Below are positions 34,162 to 35,580 of a stretch of 35,580 nucleotides of DNA, in pieces (positions within the stretch are counted from its first letter, which is position 1; every line of letters begins with the position of its first letter). This DNA comes from an uncultured Enterobacteriaceae bacterium (lineage in GTDB: Bacteria > Myxococcota_A > UBA796 > GCA-2862545): positions 1-35,580 of the forward strand of contig CAYYHT010000001.1 in the NCBI GenBank assembly GCA_964471355.1. Reading direction: 5' to 3'. A model generated the notes under the pieces. It saw only the letters and a list, made by a program, of their open reading frames with translations, ran no database searches and was not told the origin of the DNA. A program made the translations under genes and the position numbers.

Positions 34162-34689
34162 ATGAATCCCTTGCTCCTCGCAATCCTGCTCGCGTCTGCT
34201 CCCGAAGCTTTGGCCGACGGCGACACCCCAACCTTGGGCGATCCTGGCGCCGATCAGGGCCTGCCCGACGGGGACTGCGTGGCGCTGTACCCGCGCTCGA
34301 GCCACAGCGTCGATACGCCCACCGCGAACACCAACAACCTGGCCCAAGAAGAGATCACCTGCCGCAAGTCCGGAAAGACGACCTGCGATGTCGCCAATGT
34401 CATCAGCCAGCAAGCGGCTCTGTGCGTCGCAGCTCAAGCGGGATTGACTCGCCTTGATTCCGCCTACTTGTCGGCCCCCAATGCCTATCGAGGCAACGGA
34501 AAGCCCTCTCCGGGACTGGTCTGGACCGTCTATGACTGGAGCCGAAACGGGCAGCAGGTGACCATCGATGCAACGACTGCCCAGGTGTTGGACATCCGGC
34601 CGATTCCGATGCCGGTTCCGGGTCGACCGGCAACGGTGGGGACGGTTGCGCGTCGGGCCCGGGTTGTGCCTCGAAAGGGGTGGACCTGA
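34162..34689 (+). CDS. secreted PepSY-like domain protein, tandem paralog 1 (175 aa)
   Basis: Signal peptide MNPLLLAILLASAPEALA. PepSY-like pattern ISQQAALCVAAQAGL...LVWTVYD...VTIDATTAQVLD. The C-terminal tail is basic. The tool's ORF from 33613 is an antisense extension. Confidence 0.65.
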   Translation: MNPLLLAILLASAPEALADGDTPTLGDPGADQGLPDGDCVALYPRSSHSVDTPTANTNNLAQEEITCRKSGKTTCDVANVISQQAALCVAAQAGLTRLDSAYLSAPNAYRGNGKPSPGLVWTVYDWSRNGQQVTIDATTAQVLDIRPIPMPVPGRPATVGTVARRARVVPRKGWT

Positions 34690-35187
34690 ATGAACCCAAT
34701 GCTCGTCGCCATCTTGCTCGCCGCTGCTCCCGAAGCCTTGGCTGATGGAGACGCGCCGTCGCTCAGCCCACTGCCAGAGGTGCCCGTGGACTCCGATGTG
34801 GCCTCATGCACCGAGACCTTTCCTCGGTCGATGGGCACGGGGCCCACATCCCGCGATCCGATCACGCTTCAGCAGCTGTGTCGCGATGTCGGCGGGCCAG
34901 CCAACCGGTGTGACATCGATCGGGTCATCAGCGCCCAGGCAGCCCTGTGCATCGCCAAGAGCCACGGCGTGACGAGCCCCATCGGCACCGAGTTGTTGCC
35001 GGCTGGGCCCACTCAGGACTCGCCCGGAGGACTGATGTACGACATCGGGCCGGCCTATCCAAAGGGCGACGTCATGCTGATCGACGCCACGACCGGTGGT
35101 CTGGTGCGCTCATTCTGGTTTGTGGGACGCCCGTGCCGAACCGAGCGCGGTGTGCGACGCTCAACAGTCAGAAGGCGGCGGTGGTGA
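34690..35187 (+). CDS. secreted PepSY-like domain protein, tandem paralog 2 (165 aa)
   Basis: The ATG directly abuts the previous TGA. Signal peptide MNPMLVAILLAAAPEALA. Pattern ISAQAALCIAKSHGV...MLIDATTGGLV. Basic tail RRSTVRRRRW. Confidence 0.65.
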   Translation: MNPMLVAILLAAAPEALADGDAPSLSPLPEVPVDSDVASCTETFPRSMGTGPTSRDPITLQQLCRDVGGPANRCDIDRVISAQAALCIAKSHGVTSPIGTELLPAGPTQDSPGGLMYDIGPAYPKGDVMLIDATTGGLVRSFWFVGRPCRTERGVRRSTVRRRRW

Positions 35188-35300
35188 GTCCGCTGCTGCT
35201 GGCGATCTTGGGCACCCTGGCTCATGCAGATGGCGACGCACCGACACCCCTGTACGATGGGTCGTCGCGTGGCCCGCGCCCCTGCGGTTCGACGTGGTGA
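35184..35300 (+). pseudogene. truncated third copy of the tandem paralog family (38 codons: signal peptide plus ADGDAPTP only)
   Basis: The GTG at 35184 overlaps the previous TGA (GTGA). The product (M)SPLLLAILGTLAHADGDAPTP aligns with the N-termini of the two upstream paralogs, then stops after 38 codons. Confidence 0.35.
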
Positions 35301-35312
35301 CTGGAGTTGTTG

Positions 35313-35580
35313 ATGACCACCGAGCTCGATGCGGTCCTCGCCGAGGCCTGGACCGACACCGCCCTCGATGAGCACGCGTCGATCGCGTCGTTCGCGCGGC
35401 ACGTGCTGGAGCTGATGGCACTGGGTGCACCGGCCACACTGGTCACCCAAGCGACCCAAGCCATGGCCGATGAGATCGACCACGCACGCCGAGCCTTCAA
35501 GCTGGCCAGCCGCTTTGCCGGTGAGCCCCTGGGTCCCGGACCGCTGGACGCGACCGACAAGGTGCGCGATAAAATCATGC
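35313..35580 (+). CDS. ferritin-like domain-containing protein, 5' partial (runs off the window)
   Basis: ATG 35313 is preceded by GGAG at 35303-35306. The frame is open to the window end. The product MTTELDAVLAEAWTDTALDEHASIASFARHVLELMALGAPATLVTQATQAMADEIDHARRAF shows E-H...E-x-x-H helices typical of Myxococcota ferritin-like proteins. It is absent from the ORF track only because it has no stop in the window. Confidence 0.6.
   Translation, partial: MTTELDAVLAEAWTDTALDEHASIASFARHVLELMALGAPATLVTQATQAMADEIDHARRAFKLASRFAGEPLGPGPLDATDKVRDKIM

Noticed and set aside
35222-35578. 118-aa minus-strand ORF at the right edge
   Set aside because: The translation is Ser/Ala/Arg-rich and antisense to the open plus-strand frame, which has an SD, an ATG and ferritin-like helices.

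Overview
This is a GC-rich chromosomal segment with a strong G/C third-position bias. I resolve about 32 protein-coding genes and see no rRNA, tRNA, CRISPR array, transposase or integrase. Long antisense 'shadow' ORFs are common and were discarded.

The gene content looks Myxococcota-like, which is an inference from content only. It includes two eukaryotic-like Ser/Thr kinases, an orphan histidine kinase and many lipoproteins. It also includes a 931-aa Cys/Asp-rich 'metal-binding-motif' plus 7-blade FG-GAP protein, TPR proteins and orphan solute-binding proteins.

Recognisable housekeeping or enzyme genes are:
- MenB
- a DeaD-type DEAD-box helicase
- a MATE exporter
- a class-C beta-lactamase-like serine hydrolase
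- a HI0933/YhiN-type flavoprotein
- a CrtI-family flavoprotein

The items most worth follow-up are:
1. An 887-aa three-domain fusion (ferritin-like di-iron, DUF362, Asp-nucleophile alpha/beta-hydrolase), translationally coupled by an ATGA overlap to a CrtI-like oxidoreductase.
2. A solitary beta-class DNA methyltransferase with an atypical DLPY motif. It sits 2 nt after deaD and overlaps by ATGA the start of a membrane-anchored non-RD Ser/Thr kinase.
3. A cluster of an 18-nt hairpin element (one inverted copy plus about 3 tandem 34-bp units) filling the divergent menB/lipoprotein intergenic region.
4. A three-gene envelope operon joined by TTGA and GTGA overlaps, in which every gene has a non-ATG start.
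5. A PP2C-like ORF in which all metal-binding Asp positions appear substituted and no usable start codon is present.
6. Tandem PepSY-like secreted paralogs with a truncated third copy.
7. A decayed RelE/ParE toxin.
8. Six of the seven convergent gene junctions overlap or are 4 nt or less apart.

All domain calls come from motif recognition by eye, not database searches.
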